A stretch of DNA of 64,000 nucleotides from an uncultured Anaerolinea sp. (GCA_964626845.1 CAZVGR010000005.1:36557-100556); one strand, 5' to 3'. Positions 43,132-52,920 are shown, counted from the stretch's first letter. The notes: generated by a model not told the origin, from the letters alone. A program made the numbers and translations.

Positions 43132-44491
43132 GCTGGCGTCAGCGGGTTTTGGTTTACACGTCTCGGCATGGTACACTGCCGGCGAAGCCATCATGTCGCC
43201 AACCACCAGCCCCCGCCTCTCTCCGCTGGCCCACGGACGCGCAGCCGTAGCGGCGCTGCACGCTCATTACGTGCCTGCCGTCTTCATCGGCCTGAGCTAC
43301 ATGGCCATCGCCACCATGTGGACGCTGTACAGCGCCTACGTGCCGGTACTTCTGCAGGTCGATTTCGGCCTGCGGGCCACGGCCATCGGCCTGGTGATGA
43401 TGCTGGACAACCTGCTGGCGCTGCTGATCCAGCCTTGGATCGGCGCGCGCAGCGACCGGCTGCGCAGCCGCTGGGGCAAGCGGCTGCCGATCATCGTCGC
43501 TGGTACGCCCTTCGCCGCCATTGGCTTTGCGCTGATCCCGCTGGCCGGCGACTTCTTCGACGGGCTGCCCGGCTTTGTCGCCACGGTGATGATCATGCTG
43601 GTCGCCATGGCCGCAATCCGCGTGCCTCTTTTTGCGCTGCTGCCCGACCTGACCGCGCCGGAGCGGCGCAGCACCGCCAACGGCATCATCAACCTCTTCG
43701 GCGGCATCGGCATCCTGATTGCCACTCTGGGGCTGGGCTGGCTGTATCGCATCAACCGGGCAGGCCCGTTCGCTGTAGGCGCGCTGATGTTGGTGCTATC
43801 GACGCTGCTGCTGGCAGCCGTGCTGCCCAGGCTGACGCAACGCTATGCCGTGGACGAAAACGGGGTCGAAAACGGGGAAACTCCCACCAACTCCTTCCAG
43901 ATGCTGCTGGATGTGCTGGCTGAGAACTGGCGCAGCGTGCCGCTGCTGCTGCTGGCCATTCTGCTCTACACCTTCGGCATCAATGCTATCGAGACCTTCT
44001 TCAGCCTCTACGGCCGCAATGTGCTGGGGATCAGCGAAGACCGGGCGCTGATGATCCTGGGGGTGTTCTTCATCGCCTATATCATCGCCTCCGTCCCCGC
44101 GGGCCTGGTGGGCGAGCGCTTCGGCCGGCGCCGCACCATGACGGCCGGCTTGCTGGTCATCTCCGTGCTGGTGTTCGGCGCCTTCTTCCTGCGCTCAGCG
44201 CCGGCCATGCTGGCCATCATGCCGCTGGGCGGGGTGGCCTGGGCGCTGGTCAACACCAACGCCCTGCCGGCCTTGCTGGGCATGTCCACCCCCGGCCGCG
44301 CCGCCAGCACGGTGGGCCTGTTCTACGCCACCACCACGCTGGCCTCGATCCTCAGCCCGGTCACGAACGGCTGGTTTATCGATCTGGGCGGCGACAACTA
44401 CAACATCGCCATCCTCTCCACCAGCATCGTGGCCGGCCTGGCCGCGTTGGTTTTGTTCGTTATGGGACGCTTTGAGCGCGGGGAGCGGTGA
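43130..44491 (+). CDS. MFS-family transporter (12 TM)
   Basis: Hydrophobic helices throughout. MFS loop motifs GARSDRLRSRWGKR and GERFGRRR. Start may be the internal ATG at 43193 (MSPTTSPRL...). Confidence 0.75.
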   Translation: MLASAGFGLHVSAWYTAGEAIMSPTTSPRLSPLAHGRAAVAALHAHYVPAVFIGLSYMAIATMWTLYSAYVPVLLQVDFGLRATAIGLVMMLDNLLALLIQPWIGARSDRLRSRWGKRLPIIVAGTPFAAIGFALIPLAGDFFDGLPGFVATVMIMLVAMAAIRVPLFALLPDLTAPERRSTANGIINLFGGIGILIATLGLGWLYRINRAGPFAVGALMLVLSTLLLAAVLPRLTQRYAVDENGVENGETPTNSFQMLLDVLAENWRSVPLLLLAILLYTFGINAIETFFSLYGRNVLGISEDRALMILGVFFIAYIIASVPAGLVGERFGRRRTMTAGLLVISVLVFGAFFLRSAPAMLAIMPLGGVAWALVNTNALPALLGMSTPGRAASTVGLFYATTTLASILSPVTNGWFIDLGGDNYNIAILSTSIVAGLAALVLFVMGRFERGER

Positions 44492-44535
44492 GCGATGAGC
44501 GGGGAGCGGACGTTTACCGCTTGCCGTTCACCGTT

Positions 44536-45735
44536 TTACCGTTCACCGGCAACAGCGTCCAGCGCTTGCTCCAGGTCAGCGATGATATCGGCTGCGTCCT
44601 CAATGCCGATGCTGAGGCGCAGCAGGCCGTCGGTGATGCCCAGGCGAGCGCGCTCGGCCGGGGGCACGGCGCGGTGGCTGGCCATGACGGGGTGCAGCGC
44701 CAGGGAGTACACATCCCCCAAGGTCGTGGCGGGCAGGACCAGCCTGAGCGCGTCCAGGAAGCGGAAGGCCGCAGCCTGCGTGTCAGCGCCCAGCTCGAAG
44801 GCGATCATGCCGCCGTAGCCGCGACCGCCGAACAGCCGCCGGGCCAGCGCGTGCTGGGGATGGTCCGCCAGGCCGGGGTAGTGGACGCGAGCCACGGCCG
44901 GATGGGCCGCCAGCCACTGGGCCACGTGCAGCGCATTGGCGCAGTGGCGCTCCATGCGCAGCGGCAGCGTCTTCAGCCCGCGCAGCGCCAGCCAGGCCAC
45001 CTCCGGCGCCAGCACAGCGCCGAGAAGCTTCTCCAGGGCGAAGAGCCGCTGCCTGTTCTCGGCCGATGTCACCACCACGCCGGCCAGCACGTCGCCATGG
45101 CCGCCGATGTACTTGCTGGCCGAGTGGACGACGTAGTCCGCGCCCAGGCTGAGCGGCTGGCACAGGTAGGGCGTGGCAAAGGTGCTGTCCACAATCAAGG
45201 CCGCGCCGGCCGAGTGGGCCAGCTCAGCCAGCGCGGCGATGTCGGCCAGCTTGAGCAGCGGGTTGGACATAATCTCCACTAGCAGGGCGGCCGGCCGGCG
45301 CTCAGCCAGCGCAGCCTGCACCTGGGCCAGGTCGGTCACATCCACAAAGGCCGCGGTCACGCCCTGCTCGGCCATCAGCGCGTCGAGCAGGCTGTAGGTA
45401 GCGCCATAGCAGTCCTGGGCTGCGACCACGGCGCGGCCGCTGCGCACGCCGGCCGCCAGCAGCGCAGCATGGATGGCTGCCATGCCTGATGCGGTGGCAA
45501 AGGCCGCCTCGCCGCCCTCCAGCGTCGCCATAGCCTGCTCAAAGGCGTCCACCGTGGGGCTTCCATAGCGGCGGTAGACGTAGCCGGCCTGCTCGCCGGC
45601 GAACACCGCATCCATGCGGGCGGCCGACGGCTCCAGATAGGCCGCTGCGTGGTAGATGGGGGTGGTAACAGATGTTTCAACCGGTACGGGCTGCCGTTCA
45701 CCGGCGTGGACGGCTTGGGTGTAGATGGATGGCAT
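44536..45735 (-). CDS. PLP-dependent Cys/Met-metabolism enzyme (cystathionine gamma-synthase / beta-lyase / methionine gamma-lyase family)
   Basis: 399 aa. PLP-lysine motif SASKYIGGHGDVLAGVV. Family-typical N-terminus TTPIYHAAAY and VYRRYGSPT. Confidence 0.8.
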   Translation of the reverse strand: MPSIYTQAVHAGERQPVPVETSVTTPIYHAAAYLEPSAARMDAVFAGEQAGYVYRRYGSPTVDAFEQAMATLEGGEAAFATASGMAAIHAALLAAGVRSGRAVVAAQDCYGATYSLLDALMAEQGVTAAFVDVTDLAQVQAALAERRPAALLVEIMSNPLLKLADIAALAELAHSAGAALIVDSTFATPYLCQPLSLGADYVVHSASKYIGGHGDVLAGVVVTSAENRQRLFALEKLLGAVLAPEVAWLALRGLKTLPLRMERHCANALHVAQWLAAHPAVARVHYPGLADHPQHALARRLFGGRGYGGMIAFELGADTQAAAFRFLDALRLVLPATTLGDVYSLALHPVMASHRAVPPAERARLGITDGLLRLSIGIEDAADIIADLEQALDAVAGER

Positions 45736-45795
45736 GGGAACCTCACGGAAAAGTTTGAATGCCTCAGGTTTTCTCGAGGCGGGCCTTTACTACAC

Positions 45796-45899
45796 CGTAA
45801 ACAAATTAACTGCGTATCGGTGCCCGGCACTTTGGCGACGATTCGCACATGATCAGAGGCTCGTGTCAAGTGCCGGGCACCTCAACAACTTTGTTTACG
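45796..45899. mobile_element. MITE-like element, variant subfamily (outer TIR CGTAAACAAA, inner palindromic core GGTGCCCGGCAC...GTGCCGGGCACC)
   Basis: Outer 10-bp inverted repeat CGTAAACAAA / TTTGTTTACG. Core and adjacent segments homologous to the copy at 10066-10131 in opposite orientation. No TSD seen. Confidence 0.5.
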
Positions 45900-46138
45900 A
45901 TGTATTTACGACTGTCCAGGGCTGGCTCAGTCTCGATGAGTGCTTTCTCTGCCGCCGAATTATACCTGAGCAGATGCTTCAGGGTCAATGTCGCCGGACC
46001 TGGTGCATTGCGCCCAGAGTATGGACACATGGCTAGCCGAACTATGGACAATAGGCGCAACGATGGCTGGACGACGACCTTCCCAGCCGAGGCCAAGAAC
46101 CAATGGCTGGCTCAGAAGGCCAGCCCGATAGAGTTGGT

Positions 46139-46166
46139 TTGACATTCGGTTAATCTCACTTACAAT
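46139..46166 (+). promoter_or_regulatory. Sigma-70-like promoter TTGACA-N16-TACAAT
   Basis: TTGACA 46139-46144, TACAAT 46161-46166. ~125 nt upstream of ATG 46292. Confidence 0.5.
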
Positions 46167-46291
46167 GAGATCATCCCCTGTCTATCGCTGTGCGGGTGCT
46201 CGGACCTGGCAGATCCGTGCTGCTCCACGCCGAGTCCGCTCAGCGATGGGGCATCCTGCCCATCGATCGTGTACCGGCAAGGAGGATTGTC

Positions 46292-47299
46292 ATGCGCCGT
46301 CATCGCATCGTATCTGCGGCACTGGGTCTTTGTTGTCTCGCGGCGCTCGGCTTGGCGCTGCTGGCCAGCGCTGTCACGATCCGCTCGTTGGCGCGTCCGG
46401 TCTTCGCATCGTCGCCTATAGCATCGCCCGCAGTTAATCTGGAGCAAGCGGTCTTGGAGCAGGCGGCCCAGGCTCTGGGTTGCGGGTCCAGCGTCGGTGT
46501 TGTCGTGCGACCGCCTGAGGTCTTCTCTGAGGCCATCTATCAGGCTGCTATAGCGCAGGGACTGTTCTCCTCGACCACGTTGCATCAGATATATCTGCCC
46601 TTGCTGATGCGATCTGGTTCCGACTCTGCGCTGCCAGACCTGCGGATCGACTCGATGGTCATTGAGGCCGATCCCTGGGTCGCGTGCGATGATCCACCTC
46701 CACCGCTGGGACTCACCGTTCACTTCTCCAACATTGGCGATGGCGACGCCAGCCCCTTCGTGTTGGACGCCAACGGCGAGGAGTTGTTCCTGCCTGGCCT
46801 GGCGGCGCGCAGCTCGAGCGTCGCCCGCGCCCAGACCTATGTGGCTGGCGGTCCCAACACTGCGTTCATCGACTCTACGGATCTGGTGGCGGAGAGCGAC
46901 GAAACGAACAACCGGCTCAGCCAGATGTTGCCCATTCCCACACCCCTGCCACCCTGCACACCGACCCATACGCCAACCCCCACACGTACCGCTACGCCCA
47001 CGCCTACTCCCACCGTCACGACCTGGCCAACCGGAGATCTCTGGTGGTCGAGGCAGGTCCACGTCTATGATGCCCGCGTTGGGCCACAAGCAGGCGTTTC
47101 AGGCGCGCGTGTCGACGCTGTGGCTTTGTCAACAGATACCTGCACCACTGACAGCAGCGGCAACTGCATGGTAACCGTTCATGCGCATGATACCGGCACA
47201 GTGCGAATTTCCGTTTCCGCTTCCGGCTACCAGTCGTTTAGTGGTGAGTATTCGGGTATGCCTCCGTCAGGAATAATCAACATTGGTTTGACTCCATGA
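46292..47299 (+). CDS. Secreted hypothetical protein (signal peptide, CARDB-like domain, TP-rich linker, C-terminal beta-rich domain)
   Basis: Start MRRHRIVSAALGLCCLAALGLALLASAV with RBS AGGAGG (the track ORF starts 102 nt earlier). Linker TPTHTPTPTRTATPTPTPT. Confidence 0.6.
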   Translation: MRRHRIVSAALGLCCLAALGLALLASAVTIRSLARPVFASSPIASPAVNLEQAVLEQAAQALGCGSSVGVVVRPPEVFSEAIYQAAIAQGLFSSTTLHQIYLPLLMRSGSDSALPDLRIDSMVIEADPWVACDDPPPPLGLTVHFSNIGDGDASPFVLDANGEELFLPGLAARSSSVARAQTYVAGGPNTAFIDSTDLVAESDETNNRLSQMLPIPTPLPPCTPTHTPTPTRTATPTPTPTVTTWPTGDLWWSRQVHVYDARVGPQAGVSGARVDAVALSTDTCTTDSSGNCMVTVHAHDTGTVRISVSASGYQSFSGEYSGMPPSGIINIGLTP

Positions 47300-47395
47300 G
47301 CAAGCTGGCCTTCTCTCTGGCGCTAACCACGATACTTGATGAATATGGCATACTCGTTCCCAGTTCCTCCCGGTTACCCTGAGTTGATGTGCTTG

Positions 47396-48550
47396 CTATG
47401 CGATCACCATCGCATCCCCAAACGAATAAAACCGATACCCCTCCGCCACCGCCTCGGCATAGGCCCGGTCGATCAACTCCTTCCCAGCGAACGCGCTGAC
47501 CAGCATCAGCAGGGTGCTGCGCGGCAGGTGGAAGTTGGTGATCATGGCGTCCACGGCGCGGAAACGGTAACCGGGGCGGATGAAGAGGTTGGTCTCGCCC
47601 TCGAAGGCGGCGGTGCGCTTCCAGGGGCAGGCCTCCACGTCGTAGGGGTCCAGCCCCTGCGCGCCGGTGGCGGCCCACTCCAGCGTGCGCACGGCCGTGG
47701 TGCCGACGGCGATGACCCGGCCGCCAGCCAGCGTGGTGTCGTTAATCTGGCGCGCCACGTCGCGCGACAGGCTGGCCCACTCGCTGTGCATGGGGTGATC
47801 CTCGACGCGCGCGACCTTGACCGGCTGGAAGGTGTCCAGGCCGATGTGCAGGGTGACGAAGGCCAGCCCAACGCCGCGCTCCCGCAGGTCGAGCAGCAGC
47901 TCCGGCGTGAAGTGCAGCCCGGCCGTGGAGGAAGCCGCCGAGCCCTCGACGCGGCTGTAAACGGTCTGGTAGCGTTCGCCGTCGGCCAAGGGGGTATGGA
48001 TGTAGGGCGGCAGCGGCGTCTCGCCCAGGTCGTAGAGCCACTCGGCCGTGGGCCGGTTGAAGCTGACCAGCCGGCCGGCCTCGTCCAGCTCGGCCTCGAT
48101 GGTGGCGACAATGGGTGCTGGCTCGGTCAGAGACCGGCCAGAGCGGTGGAGGGGGGTGATCACCACCTGCACGCCGGGCCGCAGTCCCTTGCCGCCCACC
48201 AGGCACTCCCACGCCTCGCCGCCAGACCCGAAGGGTTTCCGGGCGCGACTCGCATCATCCCCTGGACTTGCATCGAGACCCTTCGGGTCTGGGACCGGCC
48301 GCAGCAGCAGGATCTCCACCTGCCCGCCGCTGGCCTTGCGGCCATGCAGCCGCGCCGGAATCACGCGGCTGTCGTTGGCCACCAGCAGGTCGCCCGGCTG
48401 CAAATACTCGCCGATGTCGCGGAAGGTGCGATGCTCCAGCCGGCCGGTCTGGCGATGCACCACCAGCAGCCGCGACGAGTCGCGCGGCTCAATCGGCGTC
48501 TGGGCGATCAGCTCAGGGGGGAGGGTGTAATCGAAGTCAGATGTGTTCAT
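47396..48550 (-). CDS. queA: S-adenosylmethionine:tRNA ribosyltransferase-isomerase
   Basis: Start MNTSDFDYTLPPELIAQTPIEPRDSSRLLVV (QueA N-terminus). Conserved QueA blocks through the C-terminus (...YRFYSFGDAMVI). Confidence 0.9.
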   Translation of the reverse strand: MNTSDFDYTLPPELIAQTPIEPRDSSRLLVVHRQTGRLEHRTFRDIGEYLQPGDLLVANDSRVIPARLHGRKASGGQVEILLLRPVPDPKGLDASPGDDASRARKPFGSGGEAWECLVGGKGLRPGVQVVITPLHRSGRSLTEPAPIVATIEAELDEAGRLVSFNRPTAEWLYDLGETPLPPYIHTPLADGERYQTVYSRVEGSAASSTAGLHFTPELLLDLRERGVGLAFVTLHIGLDTFQPVKVARVEDHPMHSEWASLSRDVARQINDTTLAGGRVIAVGTTAVRTLEWAATGAQGLDPYDVEACPWKRTAAFEGETNLFIRPGYRFRAVDAMITNFHLPRSTLLMLVSAFAGKELIDRAYAEAVAEGYRFYSFGDAMVIA

Positions 48551-48604
48551 GGGAGGAAGCGTGAAGCGTGGAACGTGTAGGTTCAAGCGAGATGTGTTTG
48601 CTTT

Positions 48605-48691
48605 ACGTAATGCGTAACACGTAACTCGTAACTCGGAACACCTGCTGGTTGCGAGAAGTGTCCGGTTACGGGTTACGGGTTACGGGTTACG
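48605..48691. repeat. Inverted pair of short tandem-repeat arrays: (CGTAAC)x4 ... (GTTACG)x4, separated by ~30 nt
   Basis: ACGTAATGCGTAACACGTAACTCGTAACTCGG ... CCGGTTACGGGTTACGGGTTACGGGTTACG. The last unit overlaps the stop codon of gene 48687-49394. Between queA and that gene. Confidence 0.7.
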
Positions 48692-49394
48692 GGTTACGCG
48701 CCGCGCCAACAAACTCACTGAACAGCCGCCGGTGCCGCTCGTCCAGCTCGTAGAAGCGCTCCGGGTGCCACTGGACGGCCAGCACCCAGCGACGGGCAGG
48801 CGCTTCGATGCCTTCCAGCAGCGCCGGACCCTCGACGGTCGCGGCCGATGCTTGCAACCCGGCCGCCAGGCGTTCGGCGGTCACGGCCTGGTGATGGTAG
48901 GTGTTGACGGCGAAGCGCCCGTCCAGCCCCAGCGTGCGGGCCAGCAGCGTGTCCGCTTGCACGGCGACGTCGTGGTAGGCGACCGCTTCCTTGGGCGAGC
49001 GGTGACCGTCCACATGCTGCACCAGGCTGCCGCCCAGGGCCACGTTCAGCACCTGGAAGCCGCGGCAGACGCCCAGGATAGGCAGATCGACGGCCAGCGC
49101 GGCGCGGGCCAGGCTCAACTCCAGCGTGTCACGGCCGTCGTGGATATAGCGCTTCTCGCTGCCCTGCATGCGCTCGTTGTAGTGCTTCGGATGCACGTCG
49201 CCGCCGCCGGAGAGCAACAGGCCGTCCAGTTGCGCCGCTTGCTGTTCAGGCGGCAACAGCGCCGTCTCCGGCGTCAGCAGCACGGGCTGGCCGCCGGCCC
49301 AGGTCACAGCCCACCAATAGTTGCGCACCCAGCCGTCGAAGTAGATTTTGTCGTTGCTGCGGGCGGTGATGCCGATGCGGGGGGGAAGTGTCAT
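48687..49394 (-). CDS. Class-I glutamine amidotransferase-like peptidase C26 (gamma-glutamyl-GABA hydrolase family)
   Basis: Catalytic Cys in GVCRGFQ, His in the VQWHPE region. 235 aa. Confidence 0.75.
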   Translation of the reverse strand: MTLPPRIGITARSNDKIYFDGWVRNYWWAVTWAGGQPVLLTPETALLPPEQQAAQLDGLLLSGGGDVHPKHYNERMQGSEKRYIHDGRDTLELSLARAALAVDLPILGVCRGFQVLNVALGGSLVQHVDGHRSPKEAVAYHDVAVQADTLLARTLGLDGRFAVNTYHHQAVTAERLAAGLQASAATVEGPALLEGIEAPARRWVLAVQWHPERFYELDERHRRLFSEFVGAARNP

Positions 49395-49398
49395 GTGT

Positions 49399-49430
49399 CA
49401 GGTTGCAAGTGGCAGGTTGCAGGTTGCAAG
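49399..49430. repeat. Short tandem repeat (C)AGGTTGCA x3
   Basis: CAGGTTGCAAGTGGCAGGTTGCAGGTTGCAAG, between the 48687-49394 gene start and the ruvB stop. Confidence 0.6.
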
Positions 49431-49439
49431 GATCGCGCG

Positions 49440-52034
49440 TCAAGACAGGTCGCCGTTGACAGTCGACGGATCTGGGGTAAACAGGCTGGGCTGGGCGGCG
49501 CCAGACTGGGCCTTCTCCGGCCAGACGGCGCCGATATGCTCGTAAGCCAGCCGCGTGGCGGCGCGGCCGCGCGGCGTGCGGTCCAGGAAGCCCAGTTGCA
49601 GCAGATACGGCTCGACCACGTCCATGATGGTGCCCGAGTCCTCGCTCAGCGCCGCAGCGATGGTCTCCAGCCCCACCGGCCCGCCGTCGAACTTCTCCAC
49701 CAGCAGGCGCAGCACCTTGCGGTCCAGGTCGTCCAGGCCCAGCGCGTCGATCTCCATCAGGCGCAGGGCCTGGTCGGCTGTCTCGGCCGTGATCACGCCG
49801 TCGCCGCGCACCTGGACGTAGTCCCGCACGCGGCGCAGCAGGCGCAGGGCCACACGCGGCGTGCCGCGGGCCCGGCGGGCGATCTCGCTGGCGCCGTCGT
49901 CGCTGATGGTCACCTGCAAGAGCGCGGCCGCGCGGCGCACGATCTCCTCCAGCGCGGCCTGCTCGTAGAAGTCGAAGCGGTAAATGGCGCCGAAGCGCGA
50001 GCGCAGCGGCGCAGTCAGCAGGGCCAGCCGCGTCGTCGCGCCGATCACCGTGAAGCGGGGCAGCTTGAGGCGGATCGAGCGCGCGCTGGGGCCTTTGCCG
50101 ATGACGATATCCAGCGCGAAGTCCTCCATGGCCGGGTAGAGGATCTCCTCCACGGCCCGGCCCAGGCGGTGGACCTCGTCGATGAAGAGGATGTCGCCCT
50201 TGTGCAGGTTAGTCAGGATCGCCGCCAGATCGCCGGCCCGCTCGATAGCCGGCCCGGCCGTCGTCTTCATGGCTACGCCCATCTCGTTGGCCAGGACGTG
50301 GGCTAGCGTCGTGTTGTGATTGAAGAATCCGTTGGCTACAAATGAATGGCTACCAGGAACGACGAAATCATAGGTCGCTGCGAAGCCTTCCTCAATCTGC
50401 TTCACGCGATCCCAATAAATAGCCGGATCTGTCAACGAACATAGCGTTTGGTACTCCGGAGTTTCCTGAATCCAGGGCGGCAGAAGTTCGAGGTAGCGTT
50501 GAATCTGTTGTCGCGTTGGAGTTCGATCGTTGCGACTCGCATGGCTAAACGCCTTATGAGTCGAATGTGGGTGAGGCCCTGATAGATGAAGCAAGGAGCG
50601 TAGACTAGAGTTCGAACATGGAACGAGTTCACTCCGACTCCAGCCGCCTGTTCGCATCCTTAGGCCCTCTGCTCGGTCCCGCTTACGGCCTAGACGAAAA
50701 CTGACAATATCGTGATAGCGCTCGGCGTCGATTCCACCAACGAAGAGTGTCCAGTAGTCTACGGCTTTGATTCTCTTCCGGTTACGGCTAGCAATAATGC
50801 CAAGGTTGGCTAGAAGCAACTGCACTTGTTGGGCGAGTTGTTTTGAGCGCGTACCATATTCTACATAACCTTCTGGCCAGACATTTCCATCAGCATCAAA
50901 CAAGCCTTGCAAGAATCCGATAGCTGTCGAGCGCTCTCCTGATAACACGCTGGCAGGCACCACCTTGTTGGACGCGAGTTCAGCCTTCATCCCTAAGGCA
51001 AGCATGAGATGCCCGATTGTCTGACTGAAACGCAACTGCGGCGCCCTGTCGCCGTACTGTCGTATTTCAGGAGCTTGGCCGAATAGTCTCTGTGCAATCC
51101 GCTGCAATTCAACCTGTATCTCAGGCTCGCTGCAGGTGATAACAAAGGCGGGGGAATTCTGTCCGCGTTCGAAGTGACCATCTCCAACTAGCATTCCCAT
51201 CACGTAAGCCAAGTCCGCGTCAAGATCGATTACGCGAGCTCTGTTGTCGACAAGTTCAGTGGTAAAGCGCCACGGCGAAGCTTCCACGTCAACTGATCGC
51301 CCATCAGTTAGCGAGAGACCCAATCGTTTGGCTGCTACTTCCGGCGTTGGATTCTTGCTGGCTGCACCCATGTAAGCGTGTCTCAGTTCAATGGCTGCGG
51401 GAGGTCTTCCCAGACCATTGACCAAATCTTCGTAGATGTGGCGGATCCTGCAATCCGTCCAAGCGCGTCGCATGCTAGATGCGTCTGGCTGCCAAGATGC
51501 AGACTGCGGTTGACCCCACTGGTTCATGCCGCGACCGATAGCCACATAATCTTCAGTGGAAATCTCTTCAAGGCGTTTCCATTGGGGACCGCTTGGCGTG
51601 GCAACCAACAAGGCATGGTTTGGCGTGCCTTCGATTTCGAAGCCCGCTTTGGTGATGATGCGACGTGTCGTTCCGTGACCACTAGCATAGACGTATGAAG
51701 TCGTTTCGATGCCGTTGAGACCATAGACCAAGGTGCGACAAGGCACGTAAGTATCTGGTGCGAGGGTGTCTGGAATGAACGAATCGAAGGACTTCCATCC
51801 CTGCTCGGTCAGAATGAGCGAGGTGGCAGTGATGCACTTGCCCAGTCCGGGCGGACCATACAAGAGCACATGATCCAGCGACTCGCTGCGTTGCTGGGCG
51901 GCCTGTAAGAGGATCTCCAGGTTGTCGCGCAGGCGGTCCTGGCCGATCATCTCGGCCAGGCGCTTGGGGCGCAGGGCGGCGTCCAGCGCGGCTTCTTCGG
52001 GGCGTTTGCGGGCGGAAACGGTGCGGTCGTCCAT
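49440..52034 (-). CDS. ruvB: Holliday-junction branch-migration ATPase RuvB interrupted by a ~508-aa intein in the Walker-A P-loop
   Basis: N-extein ...[11 protein letters not shown]-extein [13 protein letters not shown]...FIDEVHRL...[14 protein letters not shown] (RuvB sensor/winged-helix regions). 864 aa total vs ~340 for typical RuvB. Confidence 0.9.
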   Translation of the reverse strand: MDDRTVSARKRPEEAALDAALRPKRLAEMIGQDRLRDNLEILLQAAQQRSESLDHVLLYGPPGLGKCITATSLILTEQGWKSFDSFIPDTLAPDTYVPCRTLVYGLNGIETTSYVYASGHGTTRRIITKAGFEIEGTPNHALLVATPSGPQWKRLEEISTEDYVAIGRGMNQWGQPQSASWQPDASSMRRAWTDCRIRHIYEDLVNGLGRPPAAIELRHAYMGAASKNPTPEVAAKRLGLSLTDGRSVDVEASPWRFTTELVDNRARVIDLDADLAYVMGMLVGDGHFERGQNSPAFVITCSEPEIQVELQRIAQRLFGQAPEIRQYGDRAPQLRFSQTIGHLMLALGMKAELASNKVVPASVLSGERSTAIGFLQGLFDADGNVWPEGYVEYGTRSKQLAQQVQLLLANLGIIASRNRKRIKAVDYWTLFVGGIDAERYHDIVSFRLGRKRDRAEGLRMRTGGWSRSELVPCSNSSLRSLLHLSGPHPHSTHKAFSHASRNDRTPTRQQIQRYLELLPPWIQETPEYQTLCSLTDPAIYWDRVKQIEEGFAATYDFVVPGSHSFVANGFFNHNTTLAHVLANEMGVAMKTTAGPAIERAGDLAAILTNLHKGDILFIDEVHRLGRAVEEILYPAMEDFALDIVIGKGPSARSIRLKLPRFTVIGATTRLALLTAPLRSRFGAIYRFDFYEQAALEEIVRRAAALLQVTISDDGASEIARRARGTPRVALRLLRRVRDYVQVRGDGVITAETADQALRLMEIDALGLDDLDRKVLRLLVEKFDGGPVGLETIAAALSEDSGTIMDVVEPYLLQLGFLDRTPRGRAATRLAYEHIGAVWPEKAQSGAAQPSLFTPDPSTVNGDLS
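50313..51836 (-). other. Intein with LAGLIDADG homing-endonuclease domain inserted between GLGK and TT of the RuvB P-loop
   Basis: Cys1 ([13 protein letters not shown]), C-terminal ...VANGFFNHN followed by +1 Thr. LAGLIDADG motifs [14 protein letters not shown] and [14 protein letters not shown]. Visibly lower GC (~50%) than the flanking extein DNA. Confidence 0.8.
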
Positions 52035-52039
52035 GAGTC

Positions 52040-52063
52040 GGTAGATTGGTAGATTGGTAGATT
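52040..52063. repeat. Tandem repeat (GGTAGATT)x3 occupying the 5' leader immediately upstream of the ruvB start codon
   Basis: TCGGTAGATTGGTAGATTGGTAGATTGGTCGG. On the coding strand the leader reads ...CCAATCTACCAATCTACCAATCTACCGACTC-ATG, with no Shine-Dalgarno-like purine run. Confidence 0.65.
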
Positions 52064-52156
52064 GGTCGGGTTGCGCCTGGTTTTGGGTGGTTGGTCAGTG
52101 GGGATTATACACGAAGGGGCGCAGATTGGTCGAAACCTGATCTGCGAAACCACACA

Positions 52157-52190
52157 AAAGCCCCCGCTTGTACACCAAGTGGGGGCTTTT
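52157..52190. terminator. Bidirectional Rho-independent terminator (AAAAGCCCCCGCTTG-TACAC-CAAGTGGGGGCTTTT)
   Basis: GC-rich stem with one G.U pair, flanked by an A-tract and a T-tract. Downstream of gene 52228-52920 (minus). Confidence 0.7.
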
Positions 52191-52227
52191 GTGGTTAATC
52201 TGCATCACAGCCGCAGCGATCAGCGAC

Positions 52228-52920
52228 CTACAGCCAGCGCTGGTCCTCCAGGAACTGGGTCAGGCCGCGGATGCGGAAGCGCTTGCCGTTGTAGGCCAAC
52301 ATGGCATAGTAGAGCGGCAGCAGCCACAGCGCAATGCCGACCGGCAACAGCAAACACAGACACAACAACATGATCCAGCCCACGGTAATCCAGGACATGG
52401 TGTAGATCAGGGCCAGCAGCCAGATGATCGAGCCCACGGCCAACGACTGCACCGCATGATAACGCTGGAAGGGCCGCTTCTTGCTGGTCTCGGAGATCAG
52501 CAGAATGATCGGCAGCACAAAGCCCAGCGGGAAAACGAGCTGGCTGATGTAAGCCAGGGCCGCCATGACCCGATCGTCGTTGGTCGCGTCGGGGTCAAAC
52601 TCGCGACTCTCAGTCAGCCGATCGGTCAGGGTCTGCTTGCGGGCGCCGTTCTCCTGGCGTGGCGGCGCGGCTACAGGCACGGGCAAACCGCCCTGGCTGG
52701 CTGGCTGTTCATCGACGGGCAGCGTCTCGGCGATCTCGGCCGCCTGGCTGCTGCCTGCATCGGCCAGCGCCTCAATGGCTGCCTCAGCCTCGTTGGCGGC
52801 GTCGGCGGCCGCCTGGCTGCCAGCGTCTACCGCGGCGTCGATAGCTGCCAGCGTCTCTTCGATCTTTTCGCCGCCATCCTGCGACGTTGCGCCCTCCAGG
52901 GGCGTCTCATTCTCGTTCAC
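52228..52920 (-). CDS. Membrane protein with acidic Ala/Glu-rich N-terminal region and C-terminal DUF4870-like 3-TM domain
   Basis: C-terminal RVMAALAYISQLVFPLGFVLPIILLI...QRYHAVQSL... resembles the DUF4870/TM2 family. N-terminal 120 aa low complexity (AAIDAAVDAGSQAAADAANEAEAAIEALADAG). Confidence 0.55.
   Translation of the reverse strand: MNENETPLEGATSQDGGEKIEETLAAIDAAVDAGSQAAADAANEAEAAIEALADAGSSQAAEIAETLPVDEQPASQGGLPVPVAAPPRQENGARKQTLTDRLTESREFDPDATNDDRVMAALAYISQLVFPLGFVLPIILLISETSKKRPFQRYHAVQSLAVGSIIWLLALIYTMSWITVGWIMLLCLCLLLPVGIALWLLPLYYAMLAYNGKRFRIRGLTQFLEDQRWL

Noticed and set aside
47336-50306. + strand ORFs 47336-48580 (414 aa) and 48732-50306 (524 aa)
   Set aside because: Antisense to queA, the C26 peptidase and ruvB, all of which have unambiguous homology in the minus frames.
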